From contig CAWECO010000002.1 in the NCBI GenBank assembly GCA_963807645.1, positions 347,726 through 411,725 on the forward strand: 64,000 nucleotides of DNA, given 5' to 3'. Positions 10,913-21,054 of the stretch are shown here, piece after piece. The stretch is from an uncultured Gemmatimonadales bacterium. GTDB taxonomy: Bacteria; Gemmatimonadota; Gemmatimonadetes; Palauibacterales; Palauibacteraceae. Below the pieces are notes generated by a model. It was not told the DNA's origin. It searched no databases and saw only the letters and a list, made by a program, of their open reading frames with translations. Within the stretch, counting starts at the first letter, position 1; each line of letters opens with the position of its first letter. The position numbers and the translations under genes are program-made.

Positions 10913-10941
10913 AAAATAGCGCCAAATCGTCATTCTGTAAA
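10913..10941 (-). promoter_or_regulatory. candidate sigma70-type promoter of rpsO-pnp
   Basis: On the minus strand: TTTACA (10941..10936), a 17-nt spacer, then TATTTT (10918..10913), inside an AT-rich patch about 45 nt upstream of the rpsO start. Confidence 0.45.
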
Positions 10942-10971
10942 GCAGCCGTAGCCGCACGCACCGAGGGCCGA

Positions 10972-11916
10972 TCAGTCTCCCATCGCCGCGAAGTACTCAC
11001 GGGCCATGTCACGATCCTTCTTCATCTGTTCCACGAGTTCCGCCGCCGTTGCGAATGGCTGCACATCCCGGAGCCGGGTCAAGAAGTCCACGCGTACTCG
11101 TTCCCCGTAGATATCCTCGTCGAAATCCAGGATATAGAGCTCGATCGAGGGCGGCGAACCCGCGAAAGTCGGTCGAGGGCCAAGGTGCAGAAGGCCCGAC
11201 CGGATTTCCGTCCGGAGCGAAGCCCTCACGGCGTAGATGCCCTGACAGGGAAGTAGTTTACCTCCACCCGGAGGGGTGATATTCGCGGTGGGAAAACCGA
11301 GGTCTCTTCCCCTTCCCAGTCCGGTCACTACGGGACCCCGGAAGGAGTACGGACGTCCGAGGTCCATCTCCGCCTTCTCCACATCGCCCTTCGCCACGCA
11401 GGCCCGGATCCGGGTAGATGACACAGGTCTACCTCCCGAGGCGACAGCCGGAACCACGTCCACCGCGAAGCCGTGCGCATGACCCAGCCTCCGCAACAGA
11501 TCGATGTCCCCTGCACGCCCGCGCCCGAAGCCATGGTCATATCCGATCACGAGCTCCGCGACCCGAAACCTCTTTCTCAACACCCGATGCACGAATTCTT
11601 CGGGTCCGTACTGCGAAAGGGATCTCGTAAACGGCAGGAACGCCACGTAGTCCAGGCCTGACTGCGAGAGGATCTCTTTCTTCTCGTCCGGCGTGGTGAG
11701 GAGTCCCGGCGCGTCGTCCGGACGAACGACTGACAGCGGGTGGCGATCGAAGGTCACCAGCACGCTATGCAAGCCTCGCTCTTCCGCTCGCCGGGCGATC
11801 TCCCTGAGTACCGCCATGTGCCCCCGGTGCACGCCGTCGAAACTCCCGACGGTCACGACCGTTCCGCCGACGTCGGGTGACAGACCGCTCTCGAGGGCCA
11901 GGCCGTCAGGGTTCAT
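10972..11916 (-). CDS. ribF: bifunctional riboflavin kinase / FMN adenylyltransferase
   Basis: 314 aa. VTVGSFDGVHRGH nucleotidyltransferase motif plus a C-terminal riboflavin kinase domain. Confidence 0.9.
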   Translation of the reverse strand: MNPDGLALESGLSPDVGGTVVTVGSFDGVHRGHMAVLREIARRAEERGLHSVLVTFDRHPLSVVRPDDAPGLLTTPDEKKEILSQSGLDYVAFLPFTRSLSQYGPEEFVHRVLRKRFRVAELVIGYDHGFGRGRAGDIDLLRRLGHAHGFAVDVVPAVASGGRPVSSTRIRACVAKGDVEKAEMDLGRPYSFRGPVVTGLGRGRDLGFPTANITPPGGGKLLPCQGIYAVRASLRTEIRSGLLHLGPRPTFAGSPPSIELYILDFDEDIYGERVRVDFLTRLRDVQPFATAAELVEQMKKDRDMAREYFAAMGD

Positions 11917-12796
11917 GAAACACCTTCTCGGGCCGGAGCCATTCCGAGTCCCGCTGACCCACCGCGACCAGCCGCCCGCCAGCGAGCATCACGACGGGAG
12001 CGTCCGAACCAGAGGTGCCGCCGGCGTCCGGAATGGGCCGACCGTGCTCGATCTCGGCTACCTCCGAGTCCGACAGATTCCGGGTCGGAAGCCAGGACAG
12101 GGCCTGCGCCGCTGAGAGCGCTGCCTCCGGGGGTAACCTCGAGTCGCCGAGGTCGGCCAGGCTCACGGCATCCGAGACTTGAAAAGGCCCAATCGAGACC
12201 CTGTGCAAGGCGCTCAGATGCGCGCCGCAGCCCAACTCGCGCCCCAGGTCTCTGGCGAGAGCGCGGACATAGGTGCCCGTGGAGACTTCAGCCAGGAACT
12301 CGACCTCGGGCAGCCGCACATCACGAAGTTCCAGAGCGTGCACGCGCACCGGGTTTGCCTTCAGCTCGACGGTCTCCCCAGCCCGCGCCGCTTCGTACGC
12401 TCTGCGGCCCGCAACCTTCTTCGCGGAAAAAGCGGGCGGCACCTGGTCGTGATCGCCCCGCAGGCTGCCCGCTGCGCGTTCGATATCCTCGCGCTTCACC
12501 GAGCGCCATTCGTCGGAATGCGTCGTAGCCTGGCCCGTCCGATCCTCGGTGTCGGTCTCGACTCCGAGAACGGCCCGGGCGAGGTAGACCTTCGGGAGGC
12601 GGTGAAAATACTCGGCGAGCCGCGTGGCGCGCCCGACGCAGAGCAGAAGAAGACCGGTGGCGAAGGGATCCAGCGTCCCCGTGTGTCCGATCCGTCCCAC
12701 CCCGAGTGATCTGCGCGCAACCTGGATCACGTCATGGGAAGTCGGACCCTCCGGCTTGTCCACCAGCAGAACCCCGGGCAGATCAGTCTCCCGCAT
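11906..12796 (-). CDS. truB: tRNA pseudouridine(55) synthase
   Basis: Within ORF 11906..13000. Start MRETDLPGVLLVDKPEGPTSHD at 12796; catalytic GHTGTLDPFATG motif. Confidence 0.9.
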   Translation of the reverse strand: MRETDLPGVLLVDKPEGPTSHDVIQVARRSLGVGRIGHTGTLDPFATGLLLLCVGRATRLAEYFHRLPKVYLARAVLGVETDTEDRTGQATTHSDEWRSVKREDIERAAGSLRGDHDQVPPAFSAKKVAGRRAYEAARAGETVELKANPVRVHALELRDVRLPEVEFLAEVSTGTYVRALARDLGRELGCGAHLSALHRVSIGPFQVSDAVSLADLGDSRLPPEAALSAAQALSWLPTRNLSDSEVAEIEHGRPIPDAGGTSGSDAPVVMLAGGRLVAVGQRDSEWLRPEKVFHEP

Positions 12797-13151
12797 CGTC
12801 CCCGCTCTCGCCCAGAGCCTCCTCCAGGAGAGACTCGATCCTCTGCACGTGCTCGAGGGCCCGATCGGCGTGGAATCGGAAGTCCGGAATGCGGCGCAGG
12901 TGAAGGTCGCGGCCCAGGCGTCTCCGAACGAAGCCCTCGGCGCTTTCCAGCCCCGCGATTGCGTCGTCGACGGGCACTGCGTCCGTGAGCGTCCTGACAT
13001 AGACGTCGGCGTACGACATGTCCCTGGTGGCTTCGACGCGGGTTATGGTCACCGACCCGACCCGCGGGTCCTTGATCTCGGTCTGAATCAGCCGTGCGAG
13101 TTCCTCTCGGAGCAGCTGATTGAGTCGAGTGGTCCTTCGATTGGATGGCAT
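12783..13151 (-). CDS. rbfA: ribosome-binding factor A
   Basis: 122 aa with an RbfA-like N-terminus (RRTTRLNQLLREELARLI). Conserved position between infB and truB. Confidence 0.85.
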   Translation of the reverse strand: MPSNRRTTRLNQLLREELARLIQTEIKDPRVGSVTITRVEATRDMSYADVYVRTLTDAVPVDDAIAGLESAEGFVRRRLGRDLHLRRIPDFRFHADRALEHVQRIESLLEEALGESGDDAGD

Positions 13152-13183
13152 GCTCTCTCCGCTGGGGCCCGGCTGAAGTCGCG

Positions 13184-13471
13184 CTAGTAGATCTCCGACT
13201 CGGTTTCCAGAACGTACACCCGGGGATCCGAAGCGATCAGGGTGTCCGCGCGATCCAGAATCGAGCGCGCCAGGGTGGCATCGGAGGAAACGAATGCGAT
13301 ACTCACTTCTGCCCTCCGCATGTCTTCCTGATAGGCCGTCTCAGCCGCTGACACCTTGAGACGGGCCCGGGCCCGATCACGAAGTCCGTGCACCACGCGT
13401 CGCTTGTCTTTGAGCGACTGGCAGTCCGGGATGCGAAGCTCCCAGCGGGCCCTGCCGTACACGGCCGGCAC
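13184..13471 (-). CDS. DUF503-family protein (YlxP-like)
   Basis: 95 aa with the LRIPDCQSLKDKRRVV motif. Usual position directly downstream of infB. Confidence 0.7.
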   Translation of the reverse strand: MPAVYGRARWELRIPDCQSLKDKRRVVHGLRDRARARLKVSAAETAYQEDMRRAEVSIAFVSSDATLARSILDRADTLIASDPRVYVLETESEIY

Positions 13472-13474
13472 GGT

Positions 13475-16172
13475 TCAGGACGCCTGGCCGCTCTCGGCCA
13501 GCGTACGCGCTATCTCCTCGACCCGATAGCACTCGATCACGTCGCCGACCTTGATGTCGTTGAATCCATCGATCGAGATTCCGCACTCATAGCCATCACG
13601 GACTTCGCGGACATCTTCCTTGAAACGACGGAGACTACCGATGCTGCCCTCATACACCTGCACATAGTCCCGCAGCAGGCGGACCGGAAGGTTGCGTTGC
13701 ACGGTACCCGAAACGACATAGCAGCCGGCCACCGTACCGGCCTTGGGGACCTTGAACGTTTCGCGAACCTCCGCCGTCCCGACGAGGACCTCCCTCTCCT
13801 CCGGCCTGAGGAGACCCTCCAGGGCCAGCCTGACATCTTCCACCGCCTCGTAGATCACGCTGTACAAGCGGATTTCCACGCTTTCGCGTTCCGCAATATT
13901 CCGCGCTTTTCCATCCGGCCGGACGTGGAAGCCGATCACGGAAGCCTGCGTGGTGGTCGCCAGGAGGATGTCCGACTCATTGATCGCCCCCACTCCCCTG
14001 TGCACCACGTCCACGGCCACCTCAGCGGTTCCGAGTCGCTCCAGGGAGTCAGCCAGCGCCTGGAGAGAGCCATCCGTGTCGCCCTTGATCACGAGGTTCA
14101 GCGTCGCCTGACCCTGTTCCTGTACGGCCGCGAAGATGTCCTCGAGGCGCGTGCCCCTCTGTCGCCTGCGGATGTCCTTTTCCCGCTCGAGTTGCTGCCT
14201 GCGTGACACGATCTCACGAACGCGAGAAGCCTCCATCTCGACCAGGCGGTCCCCAGCCTGCGGGACGCCCTCGAGCCCCAGGATACGAACCGGAATCGAC
14301 GGGCCGGCCTTGTCGACGGTCTTCCCCCGCTCGTCCAGGAGGGCCCGCACCCGTCCGCCCTGCATGCCGCAGACGAAATCGTCGCCAACGTTGAGTTCGC
14401 CGCTCTGAACCAATACCGTGGCGACGGGCCCCATGCCTCGATCGAGTTCCGCCTCTACGACCGTCCCTCTGGCCATCCCCGTCGGAACCGCCTGGAGGTC
14501 CAGCATTTCCGCCTGCAAGAGCACCTTCTCGAGAAGGTCGTCGAGGCCCTCTCCCGTCTTGGCCGAAACCTGGGCCGACAGGACGTCGCCCCCGAACTCC
14601 TCCAGGATGACCTCCTGCGACAGCAGGTCCTGCTTGACCTTCGGCACGTTCGCGGTGGGCAGATCGACCTTGTTGATCGCCACGACGATCGGCACACCAG
14701 CGTTTCGCGCATGGCTGATCGCCTCGACGGTCTGGGGCATCACCGCATCGTCAGCCGCAACCACGAGGATCACGAGATCCGTGACCTCGGCTCCCCGGGC
14801 TCTCATCGCCGTGAAGGCCTCGTGCCCCGGGGTGTCCAGGAAGGTCAGCGCCTTGTCGTCCTGAACCAGGACGTGGTAGGCCCCGATGTGCTGCGTGATG
14901 CCACCTGCTTCCCCGGCGATCACGTTGGTCTCGCGCACACGATCCAGGAGCGAGGTCTTTCCGTGGTCCACGTGCCCCATAACGGTTACGACGGGAGCGC
15001 GCGGCGCCTGCTCGCCTTCTTCTTCCGCCTCCTGATGCAATTCGACCAGGTCGGACTCGTACGCTTCCTCCCGCACCGCCTCGTAACCGAATTCGTCGCA
15101 AATGAGCTCGATCTGGTCGAAGTCCAGGCGCTGGTTGATCGTCACCATCAGGCCCAGGTTCTTGAAGGCCGACGTGATGATCTCTTGCGGCGTGGTGTCG
15201 ATGAGGTCGGAGAGCTCCGCAATGGTGAGGAACTCGTTGACGCGGACGAGTGTGATTTCCGCCGCATCCTTCGCCTCGCTTCGCCTCGCGCTCCACCTCC
15301 TGCTGTGTCGGACCCGTGTCGCGCCGCCGACGGCGCTGTGCACCGCCGCCCATGGCTGCGAGCGTCTTCTTCACGCTCTCCTGCACGGCGTCCTGGTCGA
15401 CGCGGCGCCTGCGCTTCCGATCTCGCTTCCCCCTCTTTCGACCGTCGGTCGTATACCCCTCCGCCTTGATACGTACCGTGCCACCCGGGGCCGCCGAAGC
15501 GGCGGGCGCGGCGGGTGTCTCGGCCGCTGGCGTCGCGGGAAGGCCTCTCCGAACGGGCTTCGGCTTCACCGTGCGCTTCGGCTTCGCCGGCGTCGGTTCC
15601 GCGATCACTTCTTCGGCGATCCCCTCTTCTCCTGCGTCCGAGACCTCCACATCTGCCACTTCCCGGTCCGGCTCCGTGCCGACAACGTCCTCGGCGATTG
15701 CCTCTTCGGCTTCTGCCGCGACCTCGGGCGTCGGGGTCAGCTCCACCTCGTCCTCCGGCTCGCCCTCCGTGTCGACATAACGGACGTCCGGGACCTCGGC
15801 CTCGATTTCGCCGACCACGGATTCCTCACCGACTTCATCGGCGAGGAACTCAGCCGCCAGAGTCACCGGCTGTGAGTCGTCCGCCGCTTCATCGGCTTCC
15901 TCTCCGGTGCTGTCGTCGAGCGGCAGAGTCTCGGTAACCTCGGCGGCCTTGCGACGCCGACGCCGACGCGTTGACGCGGCCGTATCCGCCGAGGCATGAG
16001 CTCCCGTGCGCCGCTCTCTTTCCAATCGAGCGTGCAGCCGCGCGATCTGGTCTTCCGACACGCTGGACATATGGCTTCGCACGCGCACGTCCATCTCGTG
16101 CAGCATGTGAATCAGCTGCTTGCTGTCTACACCCAGATCTTCGGCAACTTCGTAGACGCGGAATGTGACCAA
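13475..16172 (-). pseudogene. infB: translation initiation factor IF-2, frame broken by a 10-bp tandem duplication
   Basis: The N-terminal piece (ORF 14751..16172, MVTFRVYEVAEDLGV...EREAK) and the G-domain/C-terminal piece (ORF 13475..15343, ...DAAEITLVRVNEF...GHVDHGKTSLLD) join in frame once one copy of the repeat at 15269..15288 is removed. Confidence 0.9.
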
Positions 16173-16199
16173 CGCCTGTCCTCCTTGATGTGCCCTGCG

Positions 16200-16544
16200 T
16201 TACCCCGTAGTCGTCCGGCCTTCACCGACGATCTTTAGACCGAGGCCCCTGTCTCGAACTCCCACAACCACGACCTCCGACCGACCGACCGCCCGTCCCA
16301 GGCCACTTCGCGTGCCCCGGGTCACCACAGCCAGATCCGAATCCTCAAACATGCCGCGCAGTCTTCGTCGCGCGTTTTCCGTCGCGTCTCTTGCCACCAC
16401 CACTACACTCAGTTCGCCGCGCCGAGCGGCGTCGCGCACCGCCTGCGTACCCACTACCGCAAAACCCGCCCTGCGGGCCAGGCCGACGAGCTGCAGGACA
16501 CTCTGTTCCGATTCGTCGCCCACCTCCCGGCCCTGCCCGGTCAC
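16200..16544 (-). CDS. L7Ae/YlxQ-like RNA-binding protein
   Basis: C-terminal 114 codons of ORF 16200..16790, starting at a GTG 5 nt after the nusA stop. Sequence LQLVGLARRAGFAVVGTQAV...VVVARDATEN resembles YlxQ, and it sits in the nusA-infB spacer position. Confidence 0.6.
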   Translation of the reverse strand: MTGQGREVGDESEQSVLQLVGLARRAGFAVVGTQAVRDAARRGELSVVVVARDATENARRRLRGMFEDSDLAVVTRGTRSGLGRAVGRSEVVVVGVRDRGLGLKIVGEGRTTTG

Positions 16545-16548
16545 GAGA

Positions 16549-18102
16549 TCAATCCGCAGCCTTGCCCGGTTCCTCTTCCGAAGCTGCAGCGTCGGCCTCC
16601 GATACCGCCGCCCCCACCGCCTCAGCGTCGGACTCCTCCATGGGATCGGCCGGGTCGGCCACCTCGACAGCCTCGGCTTCGGTTGGCTCCTCGGGCGCCA
16701 CGGTTTCACCCGCGGCGACTTCACCCGCGGCGACAACCGTCTCGTTTTCGTCGGCGAACAGCGGAGCCGCCGACGCTGCCTTGGAGGCACCGGCCGGCGG
16801 TGACCCCTCCGGCGTCTCCTCCTCGACCGTCAACTCATCGATGAGGGTGAGGAGCACCGCAGCGTCCTCTTCTCCAATGCCGGGCACTTGCAGGAAGTCA
16901 TCCCTGTCCATGTCCAACACGTCGAAGAACGTGTTGATGCCAGCGGCCTGCAGAGCCGCCAGGGCCGTCGGCTGGATGTCCTCCAGCTCGGACAGCGGGA
17001 AGTCCGACACCTCGTAGTCGTCGCCCCCTCCGAACAGGCTCGACTCGGCTCCGCGCGACAGCCAGTCCCGGCTGGAGTAAAGGTCGATCTGCCATCCGAT
17101 CAGCTGCGAGGCGAGCCGCACGTTCTGCCCGTTTCGACCGATCGCGAGAGATAGCTGGTCTTCGTCCACGATGGCCGTGATCACGTGCCGCTCCGAATCG
17201 GAGATCACCTTCGAGACCTTGGCCGGAGCCAGCGCCCTGCGAGCAAAGATCTCGGGATCCGGGTGCCATGGGACGATGTCGATGCGCTCGCCGGACAACT
17301 CGGAGACGACAGCCTGCACTCGAGAGCCCTTAAGCCCGACGCACGCCCCGACGGGATCCACGGAGTCGTCTCTGGAAGAAACGGCGACTTTCGTTCGGCC
17401 GCCGGCCTCCCGGACGATTTCCTTGATCTCGACGATCCCCTGGTAGATCTCGGGAACCTCGATCGCGAACAGCGCCTTCACGAACAGCGGGTCGGCCCGC
17501 GACAGGATCAGCCTCGGGCCTCGGGGCGTCTCTTCGAGCTTTCCGAGTACGGCCCGGATCGTCTCTCCCTGCCGAAAACGCTCGCGAGGGTTCTGCTCAC
17601 GCCACGGAATCACGGCCTCAGCTTCTCGAACCCGATTCAGCATTACGACGATCTTGCCCCGTTCAATCGCCTGCACCTCGCCGGAGACGAGGTCGCCCAC
17701 CATGCCGCTGAACTCCTCCCGAATCCGGTCTCTCTCGCCTTCGCGGACGCGCTGGATGATCCGCTGCTTGGCAGCCATCACCGCGTTCCGTCCGAAGTCC
17801 GAAAACTCGACCGGAATCTCGAGAAGGTCGCCGACCTGGAAGTCTGGATCATCCCAGCGTGCCTCCTCGAGAGAGGCTTCTCGGGCAGGATCCTCGACCG
17901 ACTCGACCACTTCCTTGAGAACCACGATCTTGATGTCCCCCTCCGGGAGAATCGTGATCTCCGCCTCTACCGGGCCGCCAAAACGCCGCGCCAGAGCAGC
18001 GTGAATTCCGTCCCGGATGAGGTCATGCAACTCACTGTCTGACAGCGATTTGTTCGCTGCCATCACACGAAAAGCTTCAACGACCGGAATCTGATCGCTC
18101 AT
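16549..18102 (-). CDS. nusA: transcription termination/antitermination factor NusA
   Basis: 517 aa with N-terminal, S1, KH1/KH2 and HhH regions, plus a long acidic Ala/Glu-rich tail. Confidence 0.95.
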   Translation of the reverse strand: MSDQIPVVEAFRVMAANKSLSDSELHDLIRDGIHAALARRFGGPVEAEITILPEGDIKIVVLKEVVESVEDPAREASLEEARWDDPDFQVGDLLEIPVEFSDFGRNAVMAAKQRIIQRVREGERDRIREEFSGMVGDLVSGEVQAIERGKIVVMLNRVREAEAVIPWREQNPRERFRQGETIRAVLGKLEETPRGPRLILSRADPLFVKALFAIEVPEIYQGIVEIKEIVREAGGRTKVAVSSRDDSVDPVGACVGLKGSRVQAVVSELSGERIDIVPWHPDPEIFARRALAPAKVSKVISDSERHVITAIVDEDQLSLAIGRNGQNVRLASQLIGWQIDLYSSRDWLSRGAESSLFGGGDDYEVSDFPLSELEDIQPTALAALQAAGINTFFDVLDMDRDDFLQVPGIGEEDAAVLLTLIDELTVEEETPEGSPPAGASKAASAAPLFADENETVVAAGEVAAGETVAPEEPTEAEAVEVADPADPMEESDAEAVGAAVSEADAAASEEEPGKAAD

Positions 18103-18133
18103 CTGACGCCTCTATCCTCCCTGGTCCTCAAGA

Positions 18134-18655
18134 CTATCCCGCGAACTCGTAGACCAGCGTAGCCTTTGCGATGTCGGACAACGCTATCCTCGTTTGCTCG
18201 CCACCCACTTCCAGTATGATCACTTCCCGACCCGCCGCTCCTTCGACCCCGGCCAGTCGGCCGACGATCTGCTTGCTGTCGCCCGCGAGCGGTCCGAACC
18301 CACGCAGCCGGACCATCTCTCCCGCGAAGCGCGCGTAGTCGCGCGCCCGGGTGAGTGGCCGTTCCACGCCCGGTGACGAGACTTCGAGCACCCACTCCTC
18401 CTCGCCCGATCCCCGGCTCTCCAGGAAGCAGCGCACCGCCCGGCTCACCTCGGCGCAATCGTCTGCCGTGACACTGGAATGTCCCGGCCGACCGCCGGGC
18501 CGATCCACCCGTAGACGAAGCAGGGGGCGTCGTCGCCCCCCGCCGCGTTCGATCGAGACCAGCTCGAAACCGATGCTGGATACGAACTGCTCCAGCTCTT
18601 GTTCCAGGCTCCCTGCCATGCGGCGATGCCACTCTTCTCTGCGCCCGTGAACCAC
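18134..18655 (-). CDS. rimP: ribosome maturation factor RimP
   Basis: 173-aa ORF directly upstream of nusA with a RimP-like sequence. The start may instead be the internal ATG at 18619 (MAGSLEQ). Confidence 0.8.
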   Translation of the reverse strand: MVHGRREEWHRRMAGSLEQELEQFVSSIGFELVSIERGGGRRRPLLRLRVDRPGGRPGHSSVTADDCAEVSRAVRCFLESRGSGEEEWVLEVSSPGVERPLTRARDYARFAGEMVRLRGFGPLAGDSKQIVGRLAGVEGAAGREVIILEVGGEQTRIALSDIAKATLVYEFAG

Positions 18656-18668
18656 GAGCGACCCGCAA

Positions 18669-18699
18669 CAAAAAAGTGGGGCCGATAAGGGTTCCCCAC
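18669..18699 (-). terminator. intrinsic terminator downstream of pgeF
   Basis: Minus strand: stem GTGGGG/CCCCAC (18676..18699) followed by TTTTTTG. Lies between the pgeF end and the rimP start. Confidence 0.6.
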
Positions 18700-18814
18700 T
18701 TCAACTTCCTTCCTGAGCCTCCCTGGCTGGCCAGCGCCAGGCGGCGATCAACAAGCCTCAACTTATCAGAGATCCGGCGCTATCGCAATTCCCTTCCGCA
18801 TTCCCTGCTACTGA

Positions 18815-19555
18815 CTATCCGGCTCGCTCGCTCGCGAGCCCGAGGAAGGCGGCCATCCTGCCCGCGCGCGCGCCCTGAGCCCGATGGGAGTGCAGCGGCA
18901 CCGGTCCGCACCGGGTGCACCACTCCGACCGAAGGACGCGCGAGGGTGCCACACCGGCGCCATGCGCCTGGCGAGCCAGCTCCGAGCGCAGATCGAGGCA
19001 CGCCGGCCGCGTCGCAACGCGGCCGAAGGCACGTAGCACATTCACCCCGACCTCATAGCACGAGTGACAGATCGCAGGGCCGAGGTACACGACGAGCCGG
19101 GACCGATCAATCCCGAGATCCCGTTCGATCGCGACGAGGCCGGCTTCCAGGATTCCGCCAGCGGCCCCCCTCCAACCTGCGTGCAGAAGCCCGATCCCGC
19201 GGCCCTCCACATCCACCACGAACACGGGAACGCAATCCGCCGCGGTAACGGCCAGCAGCAGACCCGCCTGCTCCGTGACCAGGCCGTCCGCCTCGCCAAT
19301 GACCCGAGCCCCACACTGCGGCGGCAGGTCTGCCTCCACCACCCGGGTCCCGTGTACCTGGCGAGCCACGACCGACCCACCCATCCCCGCGGCGCGAGCG
19401 AGCGCTTCATAACGACGCAACACGGTAGGGCCGCCCGACGTCAAACCGAAATCCGACTCCGAGCCCGCACCTGAACCGGGGTTCGCCAACGTAATGCCCA
19501 GCCACGATCGCAGGGTGGACAGCCTCGAGGTCATCGAAACGGTGGCAGAGGTCAC
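18815..19555 (-). CDS. pgeF: YfiH/PgeF (DUF152) laccase-domain purine nucleoside phosphorylase-like protein
   Basis: 246 aa with motifs QVHGTRVV, TADCVPV, LHAGWRG and CTRC typical of the family. Confidence 0.8.
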   Translation of the reverse strand: MTSATVSMTSRLSTLRSWLGITLANPGSGAGSESDFGLTSGGPTVLRRYEALARAAGMGGSVVARQVHGTRVVEADLPPQCGARVIGEADGLVTEQAGLLLAVTAADCVPVFVVDVEGRGIGLLHAGWRGAAGGILEAGLVAIERDLGIDRSRLVVYLGPAICHSCYEVGVNVLRAFGRVATRPACLDLRSELARQAHGAGVAPSRVLRSEWCTRCGPVPLHSHRAQGARAGRMAAFLGLASERAG

Positions 19556-19584
19556 AGTCGGCGATTGGCCGTTGGCTCAGGGGG

Positions 19585-20871
19585 TCAGCAGTCGTCCTCC
19601 ACCCGCTCGATCTTGCCTCCGAGGGCTCGCAGGCGTTCGTCAATCCGCTCGTATCCGCGCTCAATCTGCCCGATGTTGTGGATTCGACTCACCCCATCCG
19701 CCGCCAGCGCCGCGATCAAAAGTGCCATGCCGGCCCGGATGTCGGGACTCTCTACCGTGGAGCCTCGCAGGCGCGACGGTCCCACGACCACCGCCCGGTG
19801 AGGATCGCACAGGATGATTCTCCCGCCCATAGCGATCACCTTGTCCGCAAAGTACATGCGAGACTCGAACATCTTCTCGTGAATAAGGACCGTTCCCCGG
19901 CACCGAGTCGCCACCACGAGGGCGATCGACATCAGGTCGGCCGGGAAGGCGGGCCACGGACCATCACCGAGACTTGGTACCTGATCCCCCAGATCGGCTT
20001 CGATCTCCAGTGATTGGTCCGCTGGAACGTGCAGATCCGTTCCTTTCAGGTCACAGTGTATGCCCAGCCTCTCGAATCCGATGCGAAGCGGATCCATGTG
20101 CGCCGCGTCGACATCCTCGATCACCAGGTCTGAGCCTGTGATCGCCGCAAGACCGACCATGCTGCCGATCTCGATGTGGTCGGCCCCGATCCTGTGCCGC
20201 GCTCCGCCGAGTCGTTCTACCCCCTGGATGGTCAAGTCGTGCGTTCCTACGCCATCGATCTCGGCGCCCATCGATTCGAGAAACGCGCACAGATCCTGGA
20301 CGTGCGGCTCTGCTGCTGCGTTTCGCAGACGCGTCGTCCCCGAGGCCGTTACCGCGGCGAGTATGGCGTTCTCGGTGCCGGTGACCGATGGCTCGTCAAG
20401 GAAGATATCCGCTCCCGTGAGCTTGCGGGCGCGCAGCTCGTAGCGGTCTCCCGCGTCGACCTCGGCTCCCAGCTTTCCGAGGGCCAGAAAATGCGTATCG
20501 AGCCGCCGCCGTCCGATCACGTCGCCGCCCGGGGGCGGCAACATCACGGAACCCGTCCGGGCAAGCAGCGGGCCAGCGAGAAGGATGGACGCCCGGATTC
20601 GGCTCGACAAATCAGCGTCGAGCTCTCCACCACTTACGTCGCGCGGATCGACGACCACACTTCCGCCACCCTCCCAGGTCACCTTTGCGCCGACGCTCTC
20701 CAGCAACTCGATCATCGTCCGTACGTCCCGGATGTCGGGAACGTTATCCAGGACAACCGGCTCATCCGCCAGCAAGGAACCGGCCAGAATCGGCAGGGCC
20801 GCGTTCTTGTTGCCCGCTGGCTTGAATCGACCGCTGAGCGTGGAGGGTCCCTCGATCCGATAGTGCATCAT
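19585..20871 (-). CDS. murA: UDP-N-acetylglucosamine 1-carboxyvinyltransferase
   Basis: Within ORF 19585..20922. Start MMHYRIEGPSTLSG; MurA-type sequence throughout (KNAALPILAG ...). Confidence 0.9.
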   Translation of the reverse strand: MMHYRIEGPSTLSGRFKPAGNKNAALPILAGSLLADEPVVLDNVPDIRDVRTMIELLESVGAKVTWEGGGSVVVDPRDVSGGELDADLSSRIRASILLAGPLLARTGSVMLPPPGGDVIGRRRLDTHFLALGKLGAEVDAGDRYELRARKLTGADIFLDEPSVTGTENAILAAVTASGTTRLRNAAAEPHVQDLCAFLESMGAEIDGVGTHDLTIQGVERLGGARHRIGADHIEIGSMVGLAAITGSDLVIEDVDAAHMDPLRIGFERLGIHCDLKGTDLHVPADQSLEIEADLGDQVPSLGDGPWPAFPADLMSIALVVATRCRGTVLIHEKMFESRMYFADKVIAMGGRIILCDPHRAVVVGPSRLRGSTVESPDIRAGMALLIAALAADGVSRIHNIGQIERGYERIDERLRALGGKIERVEDDC

Positions 20872-20967
20872 CACCCCTGCGTGACATCGTTCGCATTGCT
20901 TGCGCATCGCGTGGTGAGCCAAGTTAGGTCACGTCCCTCGGGTGCGGCAACGCGGTTTCCCGGCTCC

Positions 20968-20997
20968 TTGACAGGTTTTCCGGAACGCCTCTATGCT
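20968..20997 (+). promoter_or_regulatory. candidate sigma70-type promoter of ptsN
   Basis: TTGACA (20968..20973), an 18-nt spacer, then TATGCT (20992..20997), about 58 nt upstream of the ptsN ATG. Confidence 0.3.
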
Positions 20998-21054
20998 TCC
21001 TCGATCTCGCGGTGCTCACGCCGCACGACAGGCCCATCCCTGGATGACGGCGCC

